Source of the DNA: Sphingomonas sp.
GTDB lineage: Bacteria; Pseudomonadota; Alphaproteobacteria; Sphingomonadales; Sphingomonadaceae
Direction: 5' to 3'
DNA length: 50,652 bases
Assembly (NCBI GenBank): GCA_031429555.1
Contig: JANOZQ010000306.1
Location: 1-50,652 of the forward strand
Shown: positions 20,319 to 30,900 of the stretch, piece after piece
Layout of the letters: each line of letters starts with the position of its first letter
Position numbering within the stretch: position 1 is the stretch's first letter
The notes under the pieces: model-generated
Told to the model about the DNA's origin: nothing
What the model saw: only the letters and a program-made list of their open reading frames with translations
Databases searched by the model: none
Made by a program: the position numbers and the translations under genes

Positions 20319-20375
20319 CTTTGTATTGCCGTTACCGAACCTATAGAAAATCTCGCGATCCAGCATCCAATATTA

Positions 20376-20807
20376 TTGGGAAATGTACATCGATTTGCTG
20401 AATGGATGGTGGTTTTCGATACTGGCAATTTCCTGATCAAGCATCCGAATCGTTTAGCGGCAACCGCCAATCATCGTACCGCAGCGGACGCACCGGATAT
20501 CGCGCGCGCGGGAGATGGCGTAACCGCCAGCGTCAGCGTCAGCGGCAGCGGCAGCCGACCGTCGAACTCCGCAAGAGTATGGCTGGTTGACGATGATTCG
20601 AGATATTCCGCGATCCCGATCCGCGCGGGAGAAAATGACGGACGGACACTCGCTGATCGCAATATCGTGCGCCGTCTGACTGCGCTCGGCACATGGGCCC
20701 GGACCCGTGCCACATTTTCGCTTCCAAAAATGCAAACAGAGCCGGCACGCGGCATATTGGTCCAGTCGGGCGTCGGCGGCCCAGTATTGGCGGCCCGAAA
20801 AATCTAA
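20376..20807 (+). pseudogene. DUF1223-like C-terminal remnant
   Basis: IPIRAGENDGRTL..RNIVRRL..LGTW...ILVQ...GPVLAA; the N-terminal thioredoxin-like CSSC region is not seen. Confidence 0.55.
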
Positions 20808-20832
20808 TGTTTGTCGCCGTCCCTGTTGGGCT

Positions 20833-20858
20833 GTAACCAAAAACAAGGCAGCTGCGAA
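20833..20858 (+). promoter_or_regulatory. SigF-type promoter GTAACC-N16-CGAA upstream of the sigma gene
   Basis: Exact motif with 16-nt spacer, 15 nt before GTG 20874. Confidence 0.8.
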
Positions 20859-20873
20859 CAGGACTGGACCGAC

Positions 20874-21401
20874 GTGAGGCCGGACGAGGCAGAATTTAAG
20901 GCGCTGATGATTAGTGCGCTCGATGGCGATCAACATGCTTACCGGCAATTGCTGCGCCGCCTCGTCCCGATCTTGCGGCAATATCTTGGGCGGCGCGTCT
21001 CTTCGGGACCAGAAGATGTTGAGGATCTAGTGCAGGAAACTTTGCTCGCCGTTGATACTAGACGGATCACTTATGACCGTGCGCGACCGTTCACGCCTTG
21101 GGTATTTGCGATTGCGCACCACAAGTTTGTTGATCTCGTCCGGCGGGGACGGATGACCGCCGTTTTGACCGATGATCTGATCGGCGAGCACGGTTCGGGT
21201 GATGCCATCATGGCAGAGATCGACGTGGGCAATCTGCTCGACACGCTACCTCCAAAGCAGGCCGAGGCCATTCGCGCGGTAAAACTTGACGGGCTGAGCG
21301 TTGCCGAAGCAGCTGAACGCCAGAACATCGGCGAATCCGACATCAAAGTTTCAATCCATCGCGGGTTGAAATCGCTCATACAAAAGATTGGCAGACAGTG
21401 A
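20874..21401 (+). CDS. sigF: ECF sigma factor, SigF/ECF16-type
   Basis: DVEDLVQETLLA, YDRARPFTPWVFAIA.HK, DGLSVAEAA, IKVSIHRGLK; coupled to NrsF. Start placed after the promoter. Confidence 0.85.
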   Translation: MRPDEAEFKALMISALDGDQHAYRQLLRRLVPILRQYLGRRVSSGPEDVEDLVQETLLAVDTRRITYDRARPFTPWVFAIAHHKFVDLVRRGRMTAVLTDDLIGEHGSGDAIMAEIDVGNLLDTLPPKQAEAIRAVKLDGLSVAEAAERQNIGESDIKVSIHRGLKSLIQKIGRQ

Positions 21402-22042
21402 CGACTTCGACCGACGAGCTGATTGACGGGCTTGCGGACCGGCTTGTGCCGGTTCGGGCGAAACTGCTTGAGCGGCGGCTTGCGCTTGCTGTGGCGGGTG
21501 GTGCGATTGTCGTTTTGGCGCTTGTCGTCGGCTTGATTGGATTACGCCCAGATTTAAAGAGCGCCACCGCCACCGGAGATTTCTGGGTGAAGCTGGTCTA
21601 CACCGGCGCTATCGCAATGGTCGCGCTGGCGGGGGCAAGACGTCTCGCGCGTCCCGATGTGTCGGGCATCAAGCTGACCTATTTTGCGGTGCCGGTTGTC
21701 GCTCTCGCACTGCTGGCGATTTTCGAGTTGAGCTCGGCACCGGTCGATCAGCGCAATGCCCTCATTTTCGGCAACACATGGCGCGAATGTCCGGTCTTGA
21801 TTGCGGCGTTCGCTTTGCCTTTGCTCGCCATTCTATTGCGCCTGTTTGCCGGATTTGCGCCACAGCGTCCACGCCTGACGGGTGCCGTTGTCGGCCTTGC
21901 AGCTGGCGCGACAACTGCTACGCTTTATTCGCTGCACTGTCCCGAAACAGCGATGGCGTTTCTGCTGCTGTGGTATAGCGCCGGGATCGCAATCATTGCC
22001 GCGATCGGGGCGATTGTCGGGCCTCGCGTCTTGCGCTGGTAG
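21398..22042 (+). CDS. nrsF: NrsF/DUF1109 membrane anti-sigma factor
   Basis: TDELIDGL, GLRPDL, FWVKL, conserved Cys (WREC) and YSLHCPE...WY; GTGA overlap with the sigma gene. Confidence 0.88.
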   Translation: MTTSTDELIDGLADRLVPVRAKLLERRLALAVAGGAIVVLALVVGLIGLRPDLKSATATGDFWVKLVYTGAIAMVALAGARRLARPDVSGIKLTYFAVPVVALALLAIFELSSAPVDQRNALIFGNTWRECPVLIAAFALPLLAILLRLFAGFAPQRPRLTGAVVGLAAGATTATLYSLHCPETAMAFLLLWYSAGIAIIAAIGAIVGPRVLRW

Positions 22043-22047
22043 GGTCT

Positions 22048-22073
22048 GTAACCAAAACATTGTTCCCGACGAA
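22048..22073 (+). promoter_or_regulatory. SigF-type promoter GTAACC-N16-CGAA
   Basis: Exact motif upstream of the ferritin-like gene. Confidence 0.8.
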
Positions 22074-22080
22074 GAGATAC

Positions 22081-22794
22081 GTGCCTTCGTCATCACCTGA
22101 ACCTGTCGCGTTAACGCCAACGCCCACACCCATCTGCTTTCGGCGTGGCCTGAGGGCGCCAACGATTCGGCCGTTCGAGATTGATGCGACACTGGCAGTG
22201 CGTTATCAGGAAGGACTGGCGGCACTGCTCCCGATCCTTGGCTGTGGCGAAGAAGCGGCAACACTGGCCTTTGACGAGCTTGCCGATTCAGTCGATGATG
22301 ATACCGACGGTCGTGCCGCACTTGCCGACATTGCCAAGGACGAGGATCGTCATGATCAATTGATCCTGAGCATGCGCGCGGCGCTGCCACCCCCGCCGGA
22401 CCAGCGCGAAATACTGCGCAGGGCACGGCGTTTTCACATCGATCTTGGGCGTGGTGGCACAGCGCTTCGGCTTGCGCGGATTGCCGCGCTGGATTCAGCC
22501 GTTTGCACGGTGCTTGGTGGTTTGCTGCGTCGCAATGCAGCGCTGGTTAATGCACCGATGGTTCACGGGGCGCTCTCGGCCATCTGGCGGGACGAAGCGC
22601 ATCATGTTGCGGTGTCGCGCCGCTTGGCCCTTGCGCGGGCTGACGGGGCGACGTTGCGTCCACTCGCCAGTCAGGCACGCGAAGCGCTGGCGGAAATACT
22701 TTTGCTCGGTGGCGGTGCCCTCGACAGTCTGGACGTTGATCCCATGCAGCTAGCACGTGATGTGCGGCGGCTTCCCGTCGGATTGCTGGCATGA
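22081..22794 (+). CDS. ferritin-like di-iron protein
   Basis: GEEAA..AF, IAKDEDRH, LDS, IWRDEAHH (two ExxH motifs); start uncertain, GTG 22081 lies after the promoter. Confidence 0.75.
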   Translation: MPSSSPEPVALTPTPTPICFRRGLRAPTIRPFEIDATLAVRYQEGLAALLPILGCGEEAATLAFDELADSVDDDTDGRAALADIAKDEDRHDQLILSMRAALPPPPDQREILRRARRFHIDLGRGGTALRLARIAALDSAVCTVLGGLLRRNAALVNAPMVHGALSAIWRDEAHHVAVSRRLALARADGATLRPLASQAREALAEILLLGGGALDSLDVDPMQLARDVRRLPVGLLA

Positions 22795-23831
22795 GTGCTG
22801 CACCGTGGCGGTCGCGCGGAAAGATTGCTGTGCTCGGCACGGGGCTGGCGCTGCCCGGCCGTGCTGTGCCGACCGGCGAGCTTGTCGCGATGCTTGAAGA
22901 CCGCTTCGCCTTTTCCGCCGGACGCGAGGTAAAGGCCATTGCAAAGCGGATGGGCATCGCCACGCGGCATATCTCGCGGCCATTCATCCACCGTCATGAA
23001 GCCGCGCTGGCTGGTTGCTCGAACGCCGACCTTGCTGCGGCGGCGGTCAAACGTGCGCTTGATGATGCGGGTCTGAAAATAGATCAACTCGGTTACCTCA
23101 TCGGCCATACGACCACGCCCGTGCAGCCATTGCCCGGCAATATTACCTTTGTCGCCGACCTGCTGGGCTATGCCGGACCGCATGTCGAACTGCGTCAGGC
23201 TTGCACGGGCTTTGCCAATGCGCTGATGATCGCATTCGGTCTGATCGCGGGTGGCCTTGATGCGCCAATTGCCATTGTAGGGTCCGAAACGGGATCATTG
23301 TTCTTCGATCCAGTCCGCGCGAGCGAGGACCGCGGCCAATGCGTCAATCTCATCCAGATGGGCGACGCAGCGGCGGCTGTTATCGTTGCTCCGGTCGCGC
23401 CGGGATGCAGCATGATTTCGGGGGCATGGTTTGGCGCCACCGGCCTTGGTCGTCCGCCGGGTTTGCAAATGCATGCGGGCCGCACTGAGTTCGAACATGA
23501 TTATGCGCGTATTGCAGAGTCTGGCCCCGCGCTGTTCGCAGCTGGTGTCGCAGCAGCAGCGTCACAAGGCATCGCCGCCGATGGCGTCGATACGATCATC
23601 CCGCATCAAGTGAGCGGCAGCATCCGGGCACAGATCGCAAGCCATCTCGGCGTCGACCGAGAGCGGGTGTTCGGCAATGCGGACAGGGTCGGGAATACCG
23701 GATCAGCAGCCATCTGGCTCGCGCTCGCCGAACTTCGCGCGGGTGGCCTTTCGAGCGGTGCGCGTGTTATCGCGCTTGGCGCGGAAGCCACAAAATATAT
23801 GCACGGTGGGTTCCTGTATCAGCATGGCTGA
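22791..23831 (+). CDS. KAS III/FabH-like condensing enzyme
   Basis: QACTGF (Cys), IPHQ (His), VGNTGSAAI (Asn), MGDAAAA. Confidence 0.88.
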   Translation: MSAAPWRSRGKIAVLGTGLALPGRAVPTGELVAMLEDRFAFSAGREVKAIAKRMGIATRHISRPFIHRHEAALAGCSNADLAAAAVKRALDDAGLKIDQLGYLIGHTTTPVQPLPGNITFVADLLGYAGPHVELRQACTGFANALMIAFGLIAGGLDAPIAIVGSETGSLFFDPVRASEDRGQCVNLIQMGDAAAAVIVAPVAPGCSMISGAWFGATGLGRPPGLQMHAGRTEFEHDYARIAESGPALFAAGVAAAASQGIAADGVDTIIPHQVSGSIRAQIASHLGVDRERVFGNADRVGNTGSAAIWLALAELRAGGLSSGARVIALGAEATKYMHGGFLYQHG

Positions 23832-24507
23832 CCCTGTCATTTCGGTGGCGGGGCTCAGCAAGTCGTTTGCCGGACATAAAGTCCTCGATGACTTGTCTTT
23901 TTGTGCCTTGTCGGGCGAAATCCTGGGGCTTGTCGGTGCCAATGGTGGTGGCAAAACAACGACGTTGCGTTTGCTTGCTGGATTGCTTCAGCCAGACACG
24001 GGCGGCGGATCGTTTTTGGGCCAGCCGCTTTCGCACCTGTCGAACCGTGGCCACCTCGGTTATATGACCCAGCGCAACGCCCTTTATCCCGACCTGAGCG
24101 TTGCCGAAAATCTGGCGTTTCGCGCGGACGTCCATGGCGTTGATAAAGCGCGCGTTGTCGAAGCCACTGAAGCCTATGGCGTCGCGGATGTGCTGGGACA
24201 GCGCGTTTCGTCGCTGTCAGGTGGCTGGGCGCGGCGCGTGGAGTTTGTCGCAACAGTGCTTCATAAACCAAAGCTGCTTTTGCTCGATGAACCCACCGCC
24301 GGACTCGACGTCGTGACCCGCCGTGATATGTGGCGGTGGATGGCAGCGCTCGCCAGTGAAGGCTGCGCGGTCATTGTCAGCACACATGACCTGATCGAAG
24401 CGGGGCAATGCGCAAACATCCTTTTGTTTAATCAGGGGAAAGTGCTCGGCCCGATGGCACCTCCCTTGAAGCTCGAAGACGCGGTCTTCGCACTGGCCAC
24501 ACCTTGA
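23824..24507 (+). CDS. ABC transporter ATP-binding protein (exporter type)
   Basis: GANGGGKTT, LSGG, LLLDEPT, STH. Confidence 0.92.
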   Translation: MADPVISVAGLSKSFAGHKVLDDLSFCALSGEILGLVGANGGGKTTTLRLLAGLLQPDTGGGSFLGQPLSHLSNRGHLGYMTQRNALYPDLSVAENLAFRADVHGVDKARVVEATEAYGVADVLGQRVSSLSGGWARRVEFVATVLHKPKLLLLDEPTAGLDVVTRRDMWRWMAALASEGCAVIVSTHDLIEAGQCANILLFNQGKVLGPMAPPLKLEDAVFALATP

Positions 24508-25604
24508 ATTTCAGGACGATCAGGGCCATCGCTGTGGTCGAGGCCAAGCGGCTTATCCGCGCGCGCATGGCGCTGACGCTGCTGCTTGTCGTGCCGGTGT
24601 TTCAGATCATTCTCTTTGGCTACGCGATCAAACCCGGCGAAGCGAGGGTTCGCATCCATGTTGCTGCACCGAGCCTGCAAAGTGCGCGCGAAGTTGTCGA
24701 TGCCCTGCGCAAGCTGCCGTCGGTCAGCGTGATCGATCCCGTCGGCGCACCGGGCGCCGCCGAAGCCGCCGTGCGCAACGGCGAAGTGGCCGTCGGCATC
24801 GAAGTGCCGCGTGTGCGCAGCATGGCCGATCCAACCGCGCCCGGCGGGCCGATCAGGATCATCGTTGATGCGACCGATCCCCTCCTGATAATGGGCGCCG
24901 TCGCACGGATCGAAGGTGCATATGAGGCCGAACGCGTGGCACGCAGCGACATGGCCGACGCCGGACCCGGTCTCCGCATCGAACGGCTGTTTAATCCCGA
25001 TGCCCGGAGCGACTGGACCTATGCACCTGCGCTTGCCGGGGTCACGGTCATGATCGCGATGGTCATGCTGGGCAGCATCGGTATCGCTCGCGAACGTGAA
25101 GGCGGCTCATGGGAAACGTTCCGGTCGTTACCGGTGTCGCCCGCCGAACTGATTGCCGCAAAGCTGGCGCCGCATGTGCTGATCGGAACCGTGCAGGGGG
25201 TGCTCGTGCTGGTGACGGGGCATCTACTTTTCGCCTTGCCGATGCCCGGTGCAACCGCAGCATTGATCCTGTTATTGCCACTTTTTGCCGCGGCCCATTA
25301 TATGATCGGTTTCGTCATTTCGGCGCGCGCGACGACGCAGTTGTCGGCCTTGCAGGGCGCGGTTGCCTTTTACCTTCCGGCGATGCTGCTCTCGGGCTTT
25401 CTCTACCCGTTCGAAACGCTGCCCCCCTGGGCACAAATTATCGGCAATATCTTTCCGTTGTCACAATTCATCAGGGCGGCGCATGATGCTGTGCTGCGCG
25501 AGCGCGACGCCATGACGGTTCTTGCGCATGGCCTGCCCATTCTCGCATTCTTGGCTGTTGCCTTGCTTATGGCGCAGCGCGTTTGTCGTAACCAGACGTC
25601 CTAA
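24504..25604 (+). CDS. ABC-2 type permease (YbhR/S-like)
   Basis: PVFQIILFGYAI, IAREREGG, LLSGFLYPFE.LP.WAQ. Confidence 0.9.
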   Translation: MNFRTIRAIAVVEAKRLIRARMALTLLLVVPVFQIILFGYAIKPGEARVRIHVAAPSLQSAREVVDALRKLPSVSVIDPVGAPGAAEAAVRNGEVAVGIEVPRVRSMADPTAPGGPIRIIVDATDPLLIMGAVARIEGAYEAERVARSDMADAGPGLRIERLFNPDARSDWTYAPALAGVTVMIAMVMLGSIGIAREREGGSWETFRSLPVSPAELIAAKLAPHVLIGTVQGVLVLVTGHLLFALPMPGATAALILLLPLFAAAHYMIGFVISARATTQLSALQGAVAFYLPAMLLSGFLYPFETLPPWAQIIGNIFPLSQFIRAAHDAVLRERDAMTVLAHGLPILAFLAVALLMAQRVCRNQTS

Positions 25605-25606
25605 TT

Positions 25607-25632
25607 GTAACCACGCACGCGGCGCTGACGAA
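25607..25632 (+). promoter_or_regulatory. SigF-type promoter GTAACC-N16-CGAA
   Basis: Exact motif upstream of thioredoxin-ccdA. Confidence 0.8.
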
Positions 25633-25666
25633 AAGGCAATATTGTCAACAACCGTAGGATCGCCCC

Positions 25667-26059
25667 ATGTCACCTATTCGCTCCACCGCACTTGCCTTCA
25701 CAGCAGTTATCGCGGTTGCCCAGCCTGCGCTTGCCGCCGAATTCAAACCGTTTGATCGTGCGACATTCGATGCCGCGCAAAAGTCGGGGCGACCGATCCT
25801 CGTCGAAGTCAACGCGTGGTGGTGCCCGGTTTGTGCGTCGCAATCGAAGACAATCAAAGCAACTGTCATTGCGCCTGCCTATGCCAAGCTGCTCGTCCTA
25901 CGCATCAATTACGACAAGCAGAAGAGCGAATGGCAGGCCTTCGGGGTGCAAAAGCAATCAACACTGATCGCGTTCAAGGGCGGTCGCGAGCTTGGCCGTG
26001 TTTCCTACATTACGGACAAGGCTAAAATTCAGGCTCTGCTCGCAACGACGACGCGCTAG
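25667..26059 (+). CDS. periplasmic thioredoxin family protein
   Basis: Signal peptide; AWWCPVC. Confidence 0.88.
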   Translation: MSPIRSTALAFTAVIAVAQPALAAEFKPFDRATFDAAQKSGRPILVEVNAWWCPVCASQSKTIKATVIAPAYAKLLVLRINYDKQKSEWQAFGVQKQSTLIAFKGGRELGRVSYITDKAKIQALLATTTR

Positions 26060-26062
26060 GCG

Positions 26063-26788
26063 ATGTCCGCCGGTCTTTCACCCGTCCTAGCGTTTGGCGC
26101 CGGGGCACTCACAATCCTGTCGCCCTGCGTGCTGCCGCTCGTTCCCATCGTGCTGAGCAGCGCGGCACAGCGCCACCGCTTTGGCCCGCTGGCACTGGCG
26201 ACCGGGCTGGTTCTGTCGTTCACAATTGTCGGGTTCCTTGTGGCCACGCTTGGCGCATCGTCGGGCTTCGACGGCGAGAATATCCGTATAGTCGGCGCGA
26301 TCATGCTCGTTATCGCGGGGGCTTTCCTGTTGTCATCGCGGGCGCAGGCATTGGCGACACGGCTGGCAACGCCGTTGGCAGACTGGGGCAACGCGCGACA
26401 GGATGATTTCGAGCGGTTTGGTCTGGTCGGACAAACAGGGATTGGGGCGTTGCTGGGAATCGTGTGGAGCCCTTGCGTCGGCCCGACACTGGGCGCCGCG
26501 ACAGTGCTCGCTGCACAAGGCGAAAACCTCGGCGAGGTCGCCTTGGTCATGCTTGCCTTCGGCCTTGGTATCGCCACAGTCCTGCTGGTCCTCGCAACAC
26601 TCACGCGTTCTGCCCTCGGTCGCTGGCGCGGGCGCATGATGGCGACCGGGCAGACCGGAAAAACAGTGCTCGGCGGGTTGCTGGTCGCCGTCGGTGTTAT
26701 GATTTTCACCGGGTACGACCGCGTTATCGAAGGTGTTCTAGTAACCGCCTCACCCGACTGGCTGACCGAACTGACAACGATGATTTAG
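26063..26788 (+). CDS. ccdA: CcdA/DsbD-type disulfide transport membrane protein
   Basis: LSPCVLPLVP and WSPCVGP motifs. Confidence 0.9.
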   Translation: MSAGLSPVLAFGAGALTILSPCVLPLVPIVLSSAAQRHRFGPLALATGLVLSFTIVGFLVATLGASSGFDGENIRIVGAIMLVIAGAFLLSSRAQALATRLATPLADWGNARQDDFERFGLVGQTGIGALLGIVWSPCVGPTLGAATVLAAQGENLGEVALVMLAFGLGIATVLLVLATLTRSALGRWRGRMMATGQTGKTVLGGLLVAVGVMIFTGYDRVIEGVLVTASPDWLTELTTMI

Positions 26789-26868
26789 TGGCGACTGAAC
26801 TGCGACAGCGCCACTTTGCGGCAAGGGCGTAGAATACCTTCGGCCATTTTGGCCGAAGGCGTATTGTC

Positions 26869-27488
26869 ATGGGAGTATCAGATCTTGACCCCAACGCCCA
26901 TGAGCGTCGCCCATGAAATGCTGGTAACATCGTCGGTGCCAAGCGCCCGCTCAAACCCCGCGATGTGTGAGCAATCCGTTTTTTCCTCGATGAGCACCAA
27001 CGGTTGCGCGATAGAGCGCTGTTCGACCTAGCGATCAATAGCAAACTGCGTGGTTGCGACATCGTGAAGATGAAGATTGCGATATCTTCACTGCCCGTGC
27101 CATCCGAAACCGCGAAACCGTCATCCAACAGAAGACTAGCAGACCCGTGCAATTCTAGCTGATGACCGAGGCGCGCTAAACGCTACTGAACTGGCTTAAC
27201 CGTCGTGGCGGCTCACTTGATGATTTCATCTTTCCGAGGCGCGTCAACTATATGGGCCATGTTAGCACACGGCAGTGTGCGCGGTTGGTCGATGATTGGG
27301 TGACGGTCGTCGGTCTTGATGCACGCGAATATGGGACGCATTCGATGCGTCGAACGAAGGCTTCGCTGATATGCAAAGCAACCGGCAATCTACGGGCGGT
27401 TCAAATTCTGCTTGGGCATGCAAACATCGCGAATACGGTTCGCTATCTCGGCGTCGATATTGACGTTGCGCTCACCCTTGCCGAGTGA
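26869..27488 (+). pseudogene. small tyrosine recombinase pseudogene
   Basis: MGVSDLDP...RRP*NAG..VGAKRPLKPRDV*AIRFFLD...RDRALFDLAINSKLRGCD...YGTHSMRRTK...GNLRAVQILLGH...TVRYLG; multiple stops and frameshifts. Confidence 0.85.
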
Positions 27489-27839
27489 ACCGAAATCTGA
27501 GCGAGGCGGCTTCTCGTCACGGCGGGAAGTCGTGTGCCAGCACTTGAACGGATAGCAGCTATCATTAGGGCTGTCGTGGCGGCTGTATGTCCGCATTGTT
27601 CGCGAAAGCTGCGTCCGATCAGGCAGTCACTATCCTGCCCGGTGAACGATATTGAGTGCGCGCTTGAGATAGTAGGCGATCGCGGGAAGGTGGCTTTGGC
27701 GTGCCGCGCTATCCTTTGCCAAGAGCGCATTCGCGTTGCCGCTGGAGGGCGTATCGACGGCGCCCACACAACGGGCTTTCCACGTAACTGTCCCATTAAG
27801 GCACTCGCCGGACAAAAGTTCCTTACTTCGTAAATTTCG

Positions 27840-27868
27840 TGACCCCTTTTGCGGCCGAACGACGCCTT
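27840..27868 (+). promoter_or_regulatory. candidate ECF promoter TGACCCC-N16-CGCCTT
   Basis: Matches TGGCCCC-N16-CGCCTT at 34027-34055, upstream of the ECF gene. Confidence 0.5.
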
Positions 27869-27951
27869 ACCTTTTGTCGCATGAATTTTGCCGGCGAAAC
27901 GCGGACACCGCGCGCCTGCCAACCTATCGCAATCTGTTTGGGGAATTTGTC

Positions 27952-30900
27952 ATGACCATGCGAGCCATCAATCTTCGCCTTGCCCTGTCGGCGTCGGCAA
28001 TTACCCTGTTTGCCATGCCGGGGGCGGCATTGGCGACCACTTGCGTGTGGAACGGCGGAACCGGCAACTGGAGTCCGGCAGGCGGGTGGAGCGCGTGCGG
28101 CGTGCCGACAAGCACGGACGACGTGTCGATTCTCGCGGGCGCATCAGTGGTCACGATGACGGGGATCAACGCGAATGCATTGACGCTCAATCTGGGCATC
28201 GGCAACGTGCTCAACATCATCAACAGCAACCTCAACGTCTTTGGCAACGCATTCACAAACAATGGCACGGTCACGCTGGGCAACGGTCCGGGGCTGGCGC
28301 AGATCATCAACAATAATCCGACGACGCTGGCTTTTACGGGGACCGGCACGATTGTCCTTAGCAACATCGGCGGCGCCAACGCGCGCATCTATGGCGGAAA
28401 AACGTCGTTTGGCGCGGGGCATTCGCTTGTCGGGACCGGGAGCCTTGGCATCAATCAGACGATCGTCACCAACGGCGGTCTGATTTCGGCTAATGTCAGC
28501 GGCAGCGAACTGCTGATCGACGCGTCGGGCGGTAACGGCGGCGTGGGTGCCGGGAACGGCGTCGGCACAAACAATGCGTCAAGCATGCTCAACACCGGCG
28601 TGATGCAGGCAACCGGCGGTGGATCACTGAGTTTCGATGGCGGGCTGTATGAAAACAGCGCGGGCGGCGTCATTCAGGCGCTGAACGGGTCGGTCGTCAA
28701 CCTTCGCGGCGATTCACGTATCGTGGGCGGCACGCTGACGTCGGTTGGCACGGGCGCGATTCAGGCGCACAACGCGACACAATATCTGACCGATGTGACC
28801 TTGTCGTCAGGGAGCAACCTGACGGTCAAGAACGATAATCTCTATTTGAACAATTCATTCGTTAACAACGGCACCGTCACCGTTGGCGGGATTGCCGGCA
28901 TCTCGCAACTGATCAACGAAAGTGCGTCGCTGACCCTGTCGGGGACTGGCACCATCGTGCTCGATCAAAGCGTCGGTACCGCGCGGATCTATGGCGGGCG
29001 GATCATCTTCGGATCGAACCAGTCGCTGACCGGGGCAGGGTCGCTGGGCATCAACCAGACGATCGTCACCAACAATGGCCTGTTTTCGGCGAACAGCGGC
29101 AGCAACCTGTTGATCGACGTAAGCGGCGGTAATGGCGGCGTTGGCGTCAACAACGGTGTGGGCACCAACAACGCATCAGGCCTGCTCAACAACAGCTTCA
29201 TGGAAGCGACGGGCGGCAGCACGATCTCGTTCGACGGTGGCCTGTATGAAAACGCGTTCGGCGGCGTGATCCGGGCGACCAACAATTCGTTTATCAATCT
29301 TCGCGGTGACTCGCGTATTTTCAACGGAACGCTGACCAGCGATGCGACGAGCGCGATCCAGGCGCATGGCGCGACGCAGTATCTGACCAATGTCACGCTG
29401 TCGGCAGGGAGCAATCTGACGGTCAAGAACGACAATCTCTATCTCAACACGATGCTCACCAACAATGGCACAATCACGCTCGGCGGGATTGCGGGTGTCT
29501 CGCAGCTGATCAACGAAACTGCCACTCTTGCCATTAACGGCACCGGCACGATCATACTCGACAACAGCGTCGCGGGCAGTGTGCCGCGCATCTATGGCGG
29601 CAACATCACCTTCGGCGCGGGACAGACCGTGCAGGGCGCAGGCGATCTGGGCATCAACCAGACGCTGTTTACGATCAACAATGCGTTTTCGGCCAATGCG
29701 GGCAGCCTGCTCAATTTCGATGTAAGCGGCGGCAATGGTGGCGTGGGCGCCGGCAACGGCCTCGGCACCAACAATGCGTCCGGCATGCTCAACAACAGCA
29801 CTATTCAGGCGACCGGCGGCAGCACGATCAACCTTGCCGGGGGCTTGTATGAAAACGCTGCGAGCGGCGTGATTCAGGCGCTTTCGGGATCGTTCGTCAA
29901 TCTCGGGGGTGACTCGCGTATATTTGGCGGGACACTGACCTCGGTGGGCTTGGGCGCAATTCAGGCGCACGGCGCGACGCAATATCTGACCGGTGTGACC
30001 TTGTCGTCGGGCAGCAACCTGACGGTCAAGAACGATAATCTCTATTTGAACAGCACGTTCACAAACAATGGCACGGTCATGCTGGGCGGGATTGCAGGCG
30101 TCTCGCAACTGATTAACGAAAGCCCGACGCTGACCCTGTCGGGCAGCGGGACAATCGTGCTCGATCAAAGCGTCGCGGGCGCCACAGCGCGCATCTATGG
30201 CGGCCGGATCATCTTCGGGTCGAACCAGTCGCTGACCGGGGCAGGGTCGCTGGGCATCAACCAGACGATCGTTACCAACAACGGCCTGTTTTCGGCGAAC
30301 AGCGGCAGCAACCTGTCGATCGACGTGAGCGGCGGCAATGGCGGCGTCGGCCTGAATAACGGTGTGGGCACCAACAACGCATCAGGCCTGCTCAACAACA
30401 GCATCATGGAAGCGACCGGCGGCAGCACGATTTCGTTCGAAAGCGGGTTGTATGAAAATGCCGTCGGCGGGATCATCCGCGCGACCAACAATTCGTTCAT
30501 CAACTTGAACGGTGATTCACGGATATTGAACGGCACGCTGACCAGCGACGCCACGAGCGCGATCCAAGCATTCGGTGCGACGCAATATCTGACCAATGCG
30601 ACGCTTTCAGCGGGCAGCAACCTGAACGTCAAGAACGACAGTCTCTACCTCAACACGACGCTGACCAACAACGGCACGATCACGCTGGGCGGCATCGCGG
30701 GCGTCTCGCAGCTGATCAACGAAACTGCCACTCTTGCCATTAACGGCACCGGCACGATCATACTCGACAACAGCGTCGCGGGCAGTGTGCCGCGCATCTA
30801 TGGCGGCAACATCACCTTCGGCGCGGGACAGACGCTGCGCGGTGCCGGTAGCCTCGGCATCAACCAGACGGTCATCACCAACAATGGCCTCATCACCGCC

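Noticed and set aside
20528-20557. CAGCG(T/G) hexamer run
   Set aside because: Short in-frame low-complexity stretch (SVSVSGSGS) inside a gene remnant; no sign of phase variation.
28447-30870. Repeats as a DGR template/variable pair or CRISPR array
   Set aside because: They are long in-frame coding repeats with mostly synonymous, non-adenine-specific differences and no spacers.
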